A program made the position numbers and the translations under genes. The notes under the pieces are model-generated. The model was not told where the DNA came from, made no database searches, and saw only the letters and a list, made by a program, of their open reading frames with translations. Positions 28,866 through 38,806 of a stretch of DNA of 64,000 nt are shown piece after piece. Origin of the DNA: an uncultured Gemmatimonadales bacterium (GTDB taxonomy: Bacteria > Gemmatimonadota > Gemmatimonadetes > Gemmatimonadales > Gemmatimonadaceae); contig CAWKNZ010000001.1 in assembly GCA_963851265.1 (NCBI GenBank), positions 187,920-251,919 on the forward strand, given 5' to 3'. Within the stretch, counting starts at the first letter, position 1; the number at the start of each line of letters is the position of its first letter.

Positions 28866-30235
28866 AACACCCGGTCGAGCACGTCCTCGACGTCGACGCC
28901 GCCGATCACGGCGCCGAGTGCCGCCGCGGCGGCATGCAGGTGCACGGCCGCGACCACGGCGGGGAGTGTGCCGTCCCGCCACGCCGCGGCGAACTCGGCC
29001 AGTTCGTCGCGCCCCTCGCGGAGTGCGCGGCGGTGCCGCTCGCGGGTGACGAGCGGGAGGTCAGGCTCGGGTGTGCCGTAGCGCTCCGACACCGCGCGTT
29101 CGACCGCTGCGACGATAGATGACAGTCCAGCGCCAGTATCCGCACTCACCACGAGCAAGTGGGCCGAATCGTCGGTCGTGGGATGCAGATCGCCTTTCGT
29201 GCGCACGCGCAGGATTGGCGCGTCGGTGAGCGCGGCGACGTGTGACGCGGTCTGCTCGATGTCGGCCCGACGCTCGCCGCAGGCGAGGATGACGTGCGCG
29301 CGGCGGACCCAGCGTTCGCTGAGTTCGACGCCGAGCCGCTCGACCACGTCGGCCGTTTCACGCAGGCCCGCCGTGTCGACCAGGCGGAGCGGCCAGGGTG
29401 GGCGGGGGCCGCCGTCGTCGGTTCGCGGTTCGATCACGACCTCGAGCGCGTCGCGCGTGGTGCCCGGCACCTCGGTGACGATGGCTCGAGCCTCGCCCGC
29501 GAGCGCGTTGAACAGCGACGATTTGCCCGCGTTGGGCGGCCCGGCGAGCACGACGACCGCGCCGTCGCGGACGATCTGTCCCGCCGGCACCGTCGCGAGC
29601 AGGGCGTCGACGTCGGCGAGCGCCGCGCCCACCGCCGCGAGCACGCGCCCGCGGGGGACCGGCCCGTCGTCCTCCTCCGGGAAGTCGACGTCGTAGGCGA
29701 CGAGCGCCTCCGCTTCGAGTACCCGTTCGCGCAGCGCGGTGATGCGCCGCGTGAGACCGCCGTCGAGTTGGCGCAGGGCGGCGTCGCGCATCGCGTCGGT
29801 GCGCGCGTCGATCAGATCGCCGGTCGCCTCGGCCTGGGCGAGGTCGAGCCGACCATGGAGGACGGCGCGGCGGGTGAACTCACCCGGCAGCGCCGGGCGC
29901 GCGCCCGCCGCCACCAGCGCCGCGAGCACCGCCGCCGGTGCCGCGAGCCCGCCGTGGGTGGAAAGCTCGACGACGTCCTCGCCCGTGTACGAGCGCGGCG
30001 CGGGGAACACGGTCGCGAGCACGCGGTCGAGCAGGCGCGCCGACTCCGGATCGCGCGCGGCGCGGAGCGCCGCGGTGCGCGGCGGTGGGGGCCACGGCGC
30101 GCCGCCGCCCACCACGCGCCCGGCGACGGCGATCGCGTCGGGGCCGCTGACCCGCACGACCGCCACCCCGCCGCGGCCGGGGGCGGTCGCGAGGGCGGCG
30201 ATGGTGTCGGCGAGCAGATCGGGAGACGTGGGCAA
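28841..30235 (-). CDS. mnmE: tRNA modification GTPase MnmE (TrmE)
   Basis: DTIAALAT, PRSYTGEDVVE, GEFTRRA, GPPNAGKSS, GTTRD, DTAG and C-terminal FCVGK. Confidence 0.97.
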   Translation of the reverse strand: MPTSPDLLADTIAALATAPGRGGVAVVRVSGPDAIAVAGRVVGGGAPWPPPPRTAALRAARDPESARLLDRVLATVFPAPRSYTGEDVVELSTHGGLAAPAAVLAALVAAGARPALPGEFTRRAVLHGRLDLAQAEATGDLIDARTDAMRDAALRQLDGGLTRRITALRERVLEAEALVAYDVDFPEEDDGPVPRGRVLAAVGAALADVDALLATVPAGQIVRDGAVVVLAGPPNAGKSSLFNALAGEARAIVTEVPGTTRDALEVVIEPRTDDGGPRPPWPLRLVDTAGLRETADVVERLGVELSERWVRRAHVILACGERRADIEQTASHVAALTDAPILRVRTKGDLHPTTDDSAHLLVVSADTGAGLSSIVAAVERAVSERYGTPEPDLPLVTRERHRRALREGRDELAEFAAAWRDGTLPAVVAAVHLHAAAAALGAVIGGVDVEDVLDRVFQSFCVGK

Positions 30236-30297
30236 CGATGGTGGGGGGCTGGCCGTTGCAAGCTACGCCGCTGGTGCCCTCCCCTTCGACCTCCGAC

Positions 30298-32328
30298 ATG
30301 CGTCGCGCTTCCTCGCTCGCCACCGCTCTCGTTCTCACCCTCGGCGGAGTCGCCCCCGCCGCGGCCTGCGCGCAACTGGTCGACACCGGGTACGTCCGCG
30401 CCCACTACCTCAAGCGCGAGGTCCGCATCCCCATGCGCGACGGCGTGCAGCTGTTCACGAGCATCTACGTGCCGCGCGACACGATGCGCAGCTACCCGGT
30501 GATGCTCGATCGGACGCCCTACTCGGTCGCCCCATACGGCCCCGACGCGATGGCTCGCTCCCTCGGTCCGTCGGCGGCCTTCACGCGCGAGGGATTCGTC
30601 TTCGTCTATCAGGACGTGCGCGGGCGTTACATGAGCGAGGGCGCGTTCTACGAGATGACGCCGCACAACGACCGGGCCCACCCGGCGTCCTCGGTGCACC
30701 GCGGCACGGCGGCCGACGTGCCCGCCGGCGGCCGCCAGCCGGTGGGCGGCGTGCTCAGCGACGAGAGCACCGACACGTACGACACGATCGCGTGGATCCT
30801 CAAGAATGTGCCGCACGTGGCGCCGCGCATCGGCATCTGGGGCATCAGCTACCCCGGCTTCTACACGGCGGCGAGCAGCATCGACGCCCACCCCGCCCTG
30901 GTCGCGTCCAGCCCGCAGGCGCCGATGACCGACGAGGCGTCGGGCGACGACGTGCTGCACGGCGGGGCGCAGATGCTGGCCGCCAACTTCTCGTTCGACG
31001 TCTGCTTCAGCCGACCGGTGCCCAACCCGGCGCCGCCGACGCCGTGCCCGTTCGACGCCGGCACGCCGGACGGCTACGCCTACTACCTCGGCATGGGTCC
31101 CGTCGGCCCGGGCAGCCGCCGCCTCGCTGCCGAGGGGCTCGCGCGAGGCAGCAGCACCGGAGCGACCGCGGCTCCCGTCAACTACGCGCTCGGCGACTCG
31201 CTCCGCATCTGGGAGGAGCTGATCGCCCACCCCAACTACGACGCGTACTGGGCGGCCAAGAACACGCGTCCGCACCTGCGCGACATGCGACCGGCGATGC
31301 TCGTCGTGGGCGGCTGGTACGACGCCGAAGACCTGTTCGGCGCCCTCGCCACGTACCGCGCCGCCAACGCGCAGAGTCCCAACGGCGACGTGCGCCTCGT
31401 GATGGGCCCGTGGTCCCACGGCCAGTGGTCGCGCGGTGACGGGGACCGCCTGGGAGAGGCACGGTTCGACGCCAACACGGGTCCGTGGTACCGCGACTCG
31501 GTCGAGTTCCCGTTCTTCATGCACCATCTCAAGGGCACGCCGGCGCCCGACCTGCCCGAGGCACTCGTTTTCGAGACGGGGCGCAACACGTGGCGCCGTT
31601 ACCCGCAGTGGCCGCCCCGCGAGGCACGGCCGATGGCGCTCGTGCTGGGCGCGGGCGGCACGCTGCGCGTCTGCGCCCGCGCCGACGCGGCGTGCGCGGC
31701 CACGGCGGGCCCCGCCGGCGCCGACGCGTACGCGAGCGACCCCGCACACCCCGTCCCGTTCACCGAGATCGTCGACCCCGAGGTCCCGCGCGAGTACATG
31801 ACCGGCGACCAGCGCTTCGCCTCGCGCCGCGCCGACGTGCTCGCGTACCAGACCGCCCCGCTCACCGGAGACGTGACGATCGCGGGCCCGGTCGCCCCCG
31901 TCCTGCGCGTGAGCACGAGCGGCACCGACGCGGATTACGTCGTCAAGCTGATCGACGTCTTCCCCGACTCCGCGCGGGACCCCGAAGGGTTACCCGACGG
32001 CTTCCACTACGGCGGCTATCAGCAACTCGTGCGTGGGGAGCCCATGCGCGCGCGCTTCCGCGAGTCGTTCACGACGCCAAGGCCGATGGTGCCCGACGTC
32101 CCCACGCGCGTGGCGTCGACGATGCCCGACGTGAACCACACGTTCCGCCGCGGGCACCGGATCATGCTGCAGGTGCAGAGCACGTGGTTTCCGCTTGTGG
32201 ATCGGAATCCGCAGACGTATGTGCCCAACATCAATTTCGCGCGACCCGAGGATTTTCGGGCGGCGACGATGCGGGTGTATCGTGGCGGCGGGGAGGGGTC
32301 GAGGGTGGAGGTGATGGTGGTGCCGTGA
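30298..32328 (+). CDS. CocE/NonD-family hydrolase (alpha-amino acid ester hydrolase-like)
   Basis: Signal peptide, IPMRDGV.L, RTPY, QDVRGR, GISYPG nucleophile, GPWSH and WFPLVDRNPQ. Confidence 0.93.
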   Translation: MRRASSLATALVLTLGGVAPAAACAQLVDTGYVRAHYLKREVRIPMRDGVQLFTSIYVPRDTMRSYPVMLDRTPYSVAPYGPDAMARSLGPSAAFTREGFVFVYQDVRGRYMSEGAFYEMTPHNDRAHPASSVHRGTAADVPAGGRQPVGGVLSDESTDTYDTIAWILKNVPHVAPRIGIWGISYPGFYTAASSIDAHPALVASSPQAPMTDEASGDDVLHGGAQMLAANFSFDVCFSRPVPNPAPPTPCPFDAGTPDGYAYYLGMGPVGPGSRRLAAEGLARGSSTGATAAPVNYALGDSLRIWEELIAHPNYDAYWAAKNTRPHLRDMRPAMLVVGGWYDAEDLFGALATYRAANAQSPNGDVRLVMGPWSHGQWSRGDGDRLGEARFDANTGPWYRDSVEFPFFMHHLKGTPAPDLPEALVFETGRNTWRRYPQWPPREARPMALVLGAGGTLRVCARADAACAATAGPAGADAYASDPAHPVPFTEIVDPEVPREYMTGDQRFASRRADVLAYQTAPLTGDVTIAGPVAPVLRVSTSGTDADYVVKLIDVFPDSARDPEGLPDGFHYGGYQQLVRGEPMRARFRESFTTPRPMVPDVPTRVASTMPDVNHTFRRGHRIMLQVQSTWFPLVDRNPQTYVPNINFARPEDFRAATMRVYRGGGEGSRVEVMVVP

Positions 32329-32339
32329 CGACGCTCGTC

Positions 32340-32382
32340 GCTGAGGGTGGACCCCTACGTTCGCGGGGGTGCACCCCTCAGC
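32340..32382. terminator. imperfect hairpin between convergent genes
   Basis: GCTGAGGGTG-ACCCC...GGGGT-CACCCCTCAGC with no U-tract. Confidence 0.35.
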
Positions 32383-32388
32383 CGCGAC

Positions 32389-34587
32389 TCACTGTGCGCG
32401 CCCTCCCACCGCCCGCGCCGCCTCCTCGATCGCCCGCGTCGCCGCCCCGATCCGCGCCGCCAGATCCGCGGCCTCGCGCCCGGCCCGCACGCCATCCCCG
32501 TCCCGCAGCGCCTCCGCCACCGACGGGAAGACGACGGTCGCGTATCCGTTGTCCTCGTCCGCCGCGTACACGAGGTTTCGAAACCACGTCCGGGTCCGAA
32601 GTCCTTCGGGCCGCGTGATCGCCCGCTCCACCCGCTTGAGCGCCTCGTTCGTGGCGGCGAGCGACCGCGCCGACGGCGGCGTGCCCGCGGCGAGCGCCGA
32701 ATCGCGAACGGCGGCGAACGCGGCGGCTGCGCGCTCCATCGTGCCCAGCGCGGCGGCGATGGGCGCCGTGACGGTTGGCCCTGCACCGGCGGCCGCGCCG
32801 CGCGCGTCGAGCGCCGGCAGGAAGCGCGCGAGCGTGCGCGCGTACTCCACGTAGTCGTACGGCAGCACGTCCGCGTTCGCGAGCCGGAGCGTCATCGCCG
32901 CGCCGATCCGTGCGGCCGCCGCGTGGTAGCGGAACCCGGGGTCGCCGAACCGGCTCATCCAGGCGAACGAGTCGTACTGCGAGTGGTAGACCCCGCCCGG
33001 TCCCCCGAAGCCCCACTCGGCGATCGGAATCCCGAGGTGGTTGTAGAATCCGGCGAAGTCGCTCCCGCCGCCCGGGTCACTCATTGCCGGCTCCGCGGCG
33101 GCTGCGGCCGCAATCGCGCCCGGTGCACGCGCGGCCTGCCGGCGCCAGACGTCGTACACGCTCCCACCTGCCGGGTCGGGAACCGTGCGCGCCACGCTGC
33201 GGAGCACCTCCCGGAGCGACGGCGAGCCGCCGCCGCCGAACGCGACGCCCTGCGCCGCCACGTCCTGGTTGAGGTACGCCACCGCGTGCCGCGACAGGCG
33301 GAGTGTGTCGTCCTCGACGTACTCCGTCGAGCCGACCAGCCCCCACTCCTCCGCGTCCCACGTCGCGAACACGATCGTGCGGCGCGGGCGGCGCCCGGCC
33401 TTGAGTTCCTCCGACACCGCCCGCGCCGCCTCGAGCACGCTGGCGGTGCCGCTCACGTTGTCGGCCGCGCCCGGACCCCAGCCGTCGCGGTGCCCACCGA
33501 TGAGCACCAGTTCGTCCGCGAGGTCGGTGCCGCGCACCACGCCGAAGGTGTCCCAGATCGTCTTGTACGCGTTGGTCGCCCGGTCGTCGGCCACCCGCAC
33601 GCGGGCGCGCACCGGGCCCGGGCCCGCGTGGTAGCGGAACGCGAGGCCGCCCTGCCACGCCTGCGGCACGTTCGCGCCGCGCAGCCCGGCCAGCAGCTGC
33701 CGCGCGTTGCCGTACGAGATCGGCACGACGGGGATGTGCGCGATGTCCATCTGCGCCTCGGTCAGCCGCCGTGCGCCCTCGGTGCTCGGATAGCCGGGCG
33801 TGCTCGGATCGCCGTCGCCGTTGTAGATGGACCCGCGCTGCACACCCGCGGCCGGGCGCATGGGACCCTCGGGGTAGACGTCGCCGCGCACGTACCCGTC
33901 GTCCTGCGGATCGCTGTAGATCAGCACGGCCACCGCGCCGCGCTTCTCGGCCTCGCGCGCCTTGATGCCGCGGAAGCTCCGCCCGTACCGTGCGACGACG
34001 ATCTTGCCGCGCACCGACACGCCGAGCGCGTCGAGCACGCGGTAGTCGTCGATGAGGCCGTAGTTGACGTACAGCACCTCGCCCGCGCCCTCGCCCGCGC
34101 CGCTCGTGCCGTTGACGGTCGGGTACTGGGCGAGCAGGCTCGTCGAGTCGCCGGCGACCGCGGGTTCGCGCAGGTCGAGCGCGGCGCTGTCCCCCGCCGC
34201 GCCGCCGTACGAGACGCTCACCGCGGTGGGCTGTGGCAGGAACACGCGATAGGCGCGCACCTCGGTCGGGATGTTCATCGCGCGCAGTTGGGCGAGCACG
34301 TAGTCCCGCGTGCGCGCCTGCGCGGGCGTGCCCGCGACGTGCGTCTCGGCCGAGAGCGCGCGCGAGTGCGCCTCGGCGCGCGAGGGGTCCGGGCGGGCCA
34401 CGGCGCTCGTCTCGATGGCCTGCTCCGCCGCGGCGTGGGCGGGCGTGTACCCGACGAGGGCGGTCGGCGCGGTCATCGTCGAGCCGGCGCCGGGGACGGG
34501 CTGCGCGAACGCGACGCGCGCCGCCGGCGACAGGCAGGGCGACAGGCAGGCTGAGAGGACGGCCAGCGCGAAGCGGGAGCGAGGCAC
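32389..34587 (-). CDS. M28 glutamate carboxypeptidase II-like peptidase (PA domain plus TfR dimerisation domain)
   Basis: YVNYG, RYGRSFRG.K, QRGS, GGHRD.W, DN.SG, WDAEE.GL.GS, GSD and YHS.YD. Start uncertain. Confidence 0.93.
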   Translation of the reverse strand: MPRSRFALAVLSACLSPCLSPAARVAFAQPVPGAGSTMTAPTALVGYTPAHAAAEQAIETSAVARPDPSRAEAHSRALSAETHVAGTPAQARTRDYVLAQLRAMNIPTEVRAYRVFLPQPTAVSVSYGGAAGDSAALDLREPAVAGDSTSLLAQYPTVNGTSGAGEGAGEVLYVNYGLIDDYRVLDALGVSVRGKIVVARYGRSFRGIKAREAEKRGAVAVLIYSDPQDDGYVRGDVYPEGPMRPAAGVQRGSIYNGDGDPSTPGYPSTEGARRLTEAQMDIAHIPVVPISYGNARQLLAGLRGANVPQAWQGGLAFRYHAGPGPVRARVRVADDRATNAYKTIWDTFGVVRGTDLADELVLIGGHRDGWGPGAADNVSGTASVLEAARAVSEELKAGRRPRRTIVFATWDAEEWGLVGSTEYVEDDTLRLSRHAVAYLNQDVAAQGVAFGGGGSPSLREVLRSVARTVPDPAGGSVYDVWRRQAARAPGAIAAAAAAEPAMSDPGGGSDFAGFYNHLGIPIAEWGFGGPGGVYHSQYDSFAWMSRFGDPGFRYHAAAARIGAAMTLRLANADVLPYDYVEYARTLARFLPALDARGAAAGAGPTVTAPIAAALGTMERAAAAFAAVRDSALAAGTPPSARSLAATNEALKRVERAITRPEGLRTRTWFRNLVYAADEDNGYATVVFPSVAEALRDGDGVRAGREAADLAARIGAATRAIEEAARAVGGRAQ

Positions 34588-34833
34588 GGGGGAGGGGCGA
34601 GAGGAAACACGCCGTTGGGCAGGCGCCGCGGCGTGCACACGGTAACGCACCGGCCCCGGCGGGTGCTGGGAGAGTGCCGGGCGGACGGTGGATGGGCGCC
34701 GGAGCGCCGATGCGCGCGCGCCGAATATGACGCGCTCGGCATGCGCTCGGCCCGTGCATTGCGAAGGGGGACGCGCGACCGTGCCGGGTCGATTTGCCAC
34801 CATTCCTCAAGCTGCTACAGCGCCGTTGACGAG

Positions 34834-37533
34834 ATGACCACGTTCGTCGCCGCGAGCGCGGAATGGTTCCGTCGAGCCGACCGGTACCGCAACGCGGTGC
34901 TCGCGCTCGTGCTGCTGGCTGCCGTGGCGCAGACGGCGGGCGGAATCCGTATCCACCCCGCGGTGTTCGTCACCCTGGCGTTGTGGCTCGCGGCCGGGCT
35001 CGCGGCGGGGCGTGCGATGCGACGCGTCCGCGATCGGCACCAGATCTGGCGCTGGCGCCTCGCCGTCTACATCCTCGACCTCGTCGGAATCGCCGTCGTC
35101 GAGTACGCGAGCGGTGGCATCGGGCTGATCGGCGCGTTGCCGTACGCCTTCACCATCGCCTTCTCGGCGGCCACGCTCACCGAAACGGCGGTGTACGCCC
35201 TGACCGCACTGGCGGTGGCGGCGTACGGCGTGCCGCTCTTCGGCGTGGCCGCGGGCGCGCTGCCGCCAGTCCTGCTGGTCAACGCGCCCACGATGCCGCC
35301 CACGGTCGCGCAGGCTGCGGCGGTGTGGGCCGCCGGCACCGTGTTCCTCGCCGTGCTCGCGGTGCTGATGACCACGTTCGTGCGCCTGCTCCGGCGTGCC
35401 GGCAGCCGGTATCAGCTGTTGTTCGAGCAGGCGCCGGTCATCATCGCGACCTTCGACCGCACGCTCTGCATCACCAGCATCAACCCCGCGGGCGCGTCGG
35501 GCCTCGGCACCACGCCCGAGGCCGTGATCGGCACGTCGGTGCTCGCCTGGTCGGTGGACGAGCGGGGCGCCGAGGTCCGCACACACTTCACCGAGGTCTT
35601 CGCCGGGCGCCCGCAGCACTTTCTGACGCGCCTGCGGCGAGTCGACGGCGCCATCCGCTGGGCCGACGTCACGCTCCACCCCGTACGCGACGACGGGGTG
35701 CCGCGCACCGCGGCCGCCGGTCACGCGGTCACCGGGGCCCTCGGCCTCGTGCGCGACGTGACGGAGGAGCGCGCCGCCGGCGAGGCGATCGCGGCGAGCG
35801 AGGCGCGATTCCGCGCACTCGTCCAGCATTCGTCCGACGCCATCACGATCGTCGACGCCGGCGGGCGCTGTTTGTACGTGAGTCCGTCGGTGCACACCCA
35901 GTTCGGGTACGAGCCCAGCGACGCCCTCGGCCGGCGGATGCAGGATTTCGTGCACCCCGAGGACCTCCCGATCGTCACCGCGGCATTGCGCGACGCGCAG
36001 CGCGCGCCGGCTACGCTGCGCTACCGGGCACGCCACGCCGACGGCTCCTGGCGTCAGGTCGAGAGCGTGGGGCGCGACCTGCGTGACGAACCCGCCGTGC
36101 GGGGCATCGTGTTCAACACGCGCGACGTCACCGAACGGGCCGAACTCGAGGCCGCGCTCGTGCGCCAGGCGTTCCACGACGCGCTCACCGGACTCGCCAA
36201 CCGCGCCTACTTCGGCGACCGCCTACGCGAGGCCCTCGCCCGCGCGCAGACGGCGGGCAATCCGGGCCGCGTCGCGGTGCTCGTGCTCGACCTCGACGGC
36301 TTCAAGGCGGTGAACGACTCGTTCGGCCACGCCGCGGGCGATGCGCTACTCGTCGAAGTGGCCGACCGACTGCTGCAGGCCACCCGCGGCGGCGACGCCG
36401 TGGCCCGGCTCGGCGGCGATGAGTTCGCGATCTTGGTGGAGCGCGTGCAGGAGGACGCCGACGCCGCGGCGGTCGCCGAGCGTGTGATCGCCGCGCTGGA
36501 ACCCAGCTTCACCGTGGGCGGCCGGCGCACCGACGTGGGCGTGAGCGTGGGCATCGCGCGCGGGTCGAGTGTGCCCGACGCGCCGCTCGACGGCGCCACC
36601 CTCGACGCGTCGGCGTTGCTCCGCAACGCCGACGTGGCGATGTACGAGGCGAAGGCGCGCGGCAAGGGCCGCTGGGTGCTCTTCGAATCCGCCATGCACG
36701 CGGCCGCGGTCGCCCGCATCGCCATCGAGGGCGACCTGCGCCATGCGCTCGAACGCGACGAGTTCTGTCTCGCGTACCAGCCCATCGTCTCGCTCGACAC
36801 GGGGCGCGTGGCGGGCGTCGAGGCGCTCATCCGTTGGCGGCACCCCGCGCGCGGGCTCCTCCGCCCGGCCGATTTCATCGGCGTCGCGGAAGAAACCGGA
36901 CTCATCGTTCCGATCGGCCGCTGGGTGCTCGGCGCGGCGTGCCGGCAGGGCGCCGCGTGGCACGCCGCCGGCCTCGAAGGTGCGGAGCCGGGCACGCCCT
37001 TCGGCATCGCCGTCAACGTGTCGGCGCAGCAACTCCAGGGGGACGGCTTCGTCGCCGAGGTCGCGGCCACCGTGGCCGAGGCCGGGCTCGTACCCGACGC
37101 CCTCACGCTCGAGATCACCGAGCACTCCGTGATCGACCAGCCCGTGCTCGTCCGCGAGCGGCTCACGGCGTTGCAGGCGCTCGGCGTACGCGTGGCGATC
37201 GACGACTTCGGGACCGGCTACTCCGCGCTGAGCCACGTCCAGCGCTTCCCGCTCGACGTGCTCAAGATCGACCGCGCGTTCGTCGAGCACGCCACGCAGG
37301 GCGGATCGCCCGCCGCGGTCACGCGCACCCTCGTCGCGCTCGGCGGCGCACTGTCGGCCCGCGTCGTGGCGGAGGGCATCGAGACCAACGAGCAGCGCGA
37401 CGTGCTCACCTCGCTCGGGTGCCCGTTCGGGCAGGGGTTCCTCTTCGCGCGCCCGCTCGCGGCCGAGGCGGTGAGCGAGTGGGTCGCGCAGACGAACGCC
37501 TCAGCCGCGGGCGGCGTCGCGTTCGGCAGCTAG
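34834..37533 (+). CDS. membrane PAS-PAS-GGDEF-EAL diguanylate cyclase/phosphodiesterase
   Basis: About 6 TM segments, two PAS domains, HDALTGL.NR, RxxD I-site (RGGD), GGDEF, EAL, DDFGTGYS and EGIE. Confidence 0.95.
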   Translation: MTTFVAASAEWFRRADRYRNAVLALVLLAAVAQTAGGIRIHPAVFVTLALWLAAGLAAGRAMRRVRDRHQIWRWRLAVYILDLVGIAVVEYASGGIGLIGALPYAFTIAFSAATLTETAVYALTALAVAAYGVPLFGVAAGALPPVLLVNAPTMPPTVAQAAAVWAAGTVFLAVLAVLMTTFVRLLRRAGSRYQLLFEQAPVIIATFDRTLCITSINPAGASGLGTTPEAVIGTSVLAWSVDERGAEVRTHFTEVFAGRPQHFLTRLRRVDGAIRWADVTLHPVRDDGVPRTAAAGHAVTGALGLVRDVTEERAAGEAIAASEARFRALVQHSSDAITIVDAGGRCLYVSPSVHTQFGYEPSDALGRRMQDFVHPEDLPIVTAALRDAQRAPATLRYRARHADGSWRQVESVGRDLRDEPAVRGIVFNTRDVTERAELEAALVRQAFHDALTGLANRAYFGDRLREALARAQTAGNPGRVAVLVLDLDGFKAVNDSFGHAAGDALLVEVADRLLQATRGGDAVARLGGDEFAILVERVQEDADAAAVAERVIAALEPSFTVGGRRTDVGVSVGIARGSSVPDAPLDGATLDASALLRNADVAMYEAKARGKGRWVLFESAMHAAAVARIAIEGDLRHALERDEFCLAYQPIVSLDTGRVAGVEALIRWRHPARGLLRPADFIGVAEETGLIVPIGRWVLGAACRQGAAWHAAGLEGAEPGTPFGIAVNVSAQQLQGDGFVAEVAATVAEAGLVPDALTLEITEHSVIDQPVLVRERLTALQALGVRVAIDDFGTGYSALSHVQRFPLDVLKIDRAFVEHATQGGSPAAVTRTLVALGGALSARVVAEGIETNEQRDVLTSLGCPFGQGFLFARPLAAEAVSEWVAQTNASAAGGVAFGS

Positions 37534-38673
37534 CAGCTGCGCCTTGCGCGCCGGGCCCCACCGGTAGCCGCTCACCGCGCCCGCGGCGAACCCGCGCGCC
37601 GCGGCGCCCGCCGGGACCACGCGATGACAGGGCACCAGGAGCGCGACCCGGTTGGTCGCGCACGCCCGCGCCACGGCGCGCGCCGCCGTGGGGTGCCCCA
37701 GCACGACCGCCAGTTCGCCGTACGTGCGCGTCTCGCCCGCGGGAATGGCGCGGAGGGCGTCCCACACGCGGCGCTGCCAGGGCGTACCGGCCGCATCGAC
37801 CGGCACCAGATCAGCGCCGCGTGCGCCGTCCGCCTGCGCGCGCACCGCGGCCACGGCCGCCGCGAGCAGCGTGTACGCCGTACGCGCCTCGTCGTCGGCC
37901 GCCGGGGCGTCGTCGGCGCGGCGGCGGTCGGCCGTCGGGTATTCGGTCGCGAGCGCCGCTTCGAGCGCCGTATCGTCCTCTCCGTCTCGCGCCAACAGCA
38001 CCGCGCACACCCCACGCGCCGTGGCCGCCGCCAGCGCGCGCCCGAGCCCCGTGTCGAAGGGCGTCCACCAGAGCCGCACGCCCGCCCCGCCCCGCCGGTA
38101 CGCGGCCGGCGTCATGCCGAGGTGCGCGTCGGCCGAGGCGTAGGCGCGGCTCGCGGCCGCGTAGCCGGCGGCGTACGTCGCCCGGCTGACGCTGCCTTCG
38201 CTCCGGAGCGCCACCTTCCACCGCGCGGCGCGCTGCGCGGCCGCGTAGCGCGCGGGCGAGACGCCCACGGCTCGCGTGAACGCGCGCTGCAGGTGTCCCA
38301 CGCTCACGCCGGTCGCGCTGGCGAGCGCGGCGAGTGGGATCCGGTCGCGCCCGGCGTCGGCCGCCGCGTCGAGCAGCGCCCGCGCGCGGCGCACGGCCGC
38401 CGCGACGCGCGTTTCGTCGGTTGCGGGGCGGTCCGGGACGCACCGGCGGCACGCGCGGTAGCCGGCCACCGCCGCGTCGGCCGGCGAGTCGAAGAACGTC
38501 ACGCGCTCGCGCCCGGGGCGCCGCGACGGGCAGCTGGCGCGGCAGTAGATCCGGGTGCTGCGCACGGCGTAGACGAAGTGGCCGTCGGCGCTCGCGTCGC
38601 GGGCGAGGACGGCGGTCCAGCGGTCATCGGGCTCGGCGAAGCGCGGCGCGGCGGAAAGCAGGGAGTTGGTCAT
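37501..38673 (-). CDS. ada: bifunctional Ada regulator / methylated-DNA-protein-cysteine methyltransferase
   Basis: Zn-site YCRASC and ACRRC, AraC-type HTH, and PCHRV active site. Confidence 0.92.
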   Translation of the reverse strand: MTNSLLSAAPRFAEPDDRWTAVLARDASADGHFVYAVRSTRIYCRASCPSRRPGRERVTFFDSPADAAVAGYRACRRCVPDRPATDETRVAAAVRRARALLDAAADAGRDRIPLAALASATGVSVGHLQRAFTRAVGVSPARYAAAQRAARWKVALRSEGSVSRATYAAGYAAASRAYASADAHLGMTPAAYRRGGAGVRLWWTPFDTGLGRALAAATARGVCAVLLARDGEDDTALEAALATEYPTADRRRADDAPAADDEARTAYTLLAAAVAAVRAQADGARGADLVPVDAAGTPWQRRVWDALRAIPAGETRTYGELAVVLGHPTAARAVARACATNRVALLVPCHRVVPAGAAARGFAAGAVSGYRWGPARKAQLLAAERDAARG

Positions 38674-38717
38674 GAGGTCAGAGTGCGGTGCCCGCGCGAT
38701 CGACGCGTCCCGGAACA

Positions 38718-38782
38718 TGCGCCCGAAGTGCGCGCCCGACGTCCGCGCCCGACGTCCGCGCCCGACGTCCGCGCCCGACGTG
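38718..38782. repeat. 13-bp tandem repeat (CGCGCCCGACGTC), 5 units, upstream of ada
   Basis: Three exact units at 38731-38769 plus degenerate flanking units. Confidence 0.9.
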
Positions 38783-38806
38783 CGCACCGTCGCGCCGGGC
38801 CGCAGG

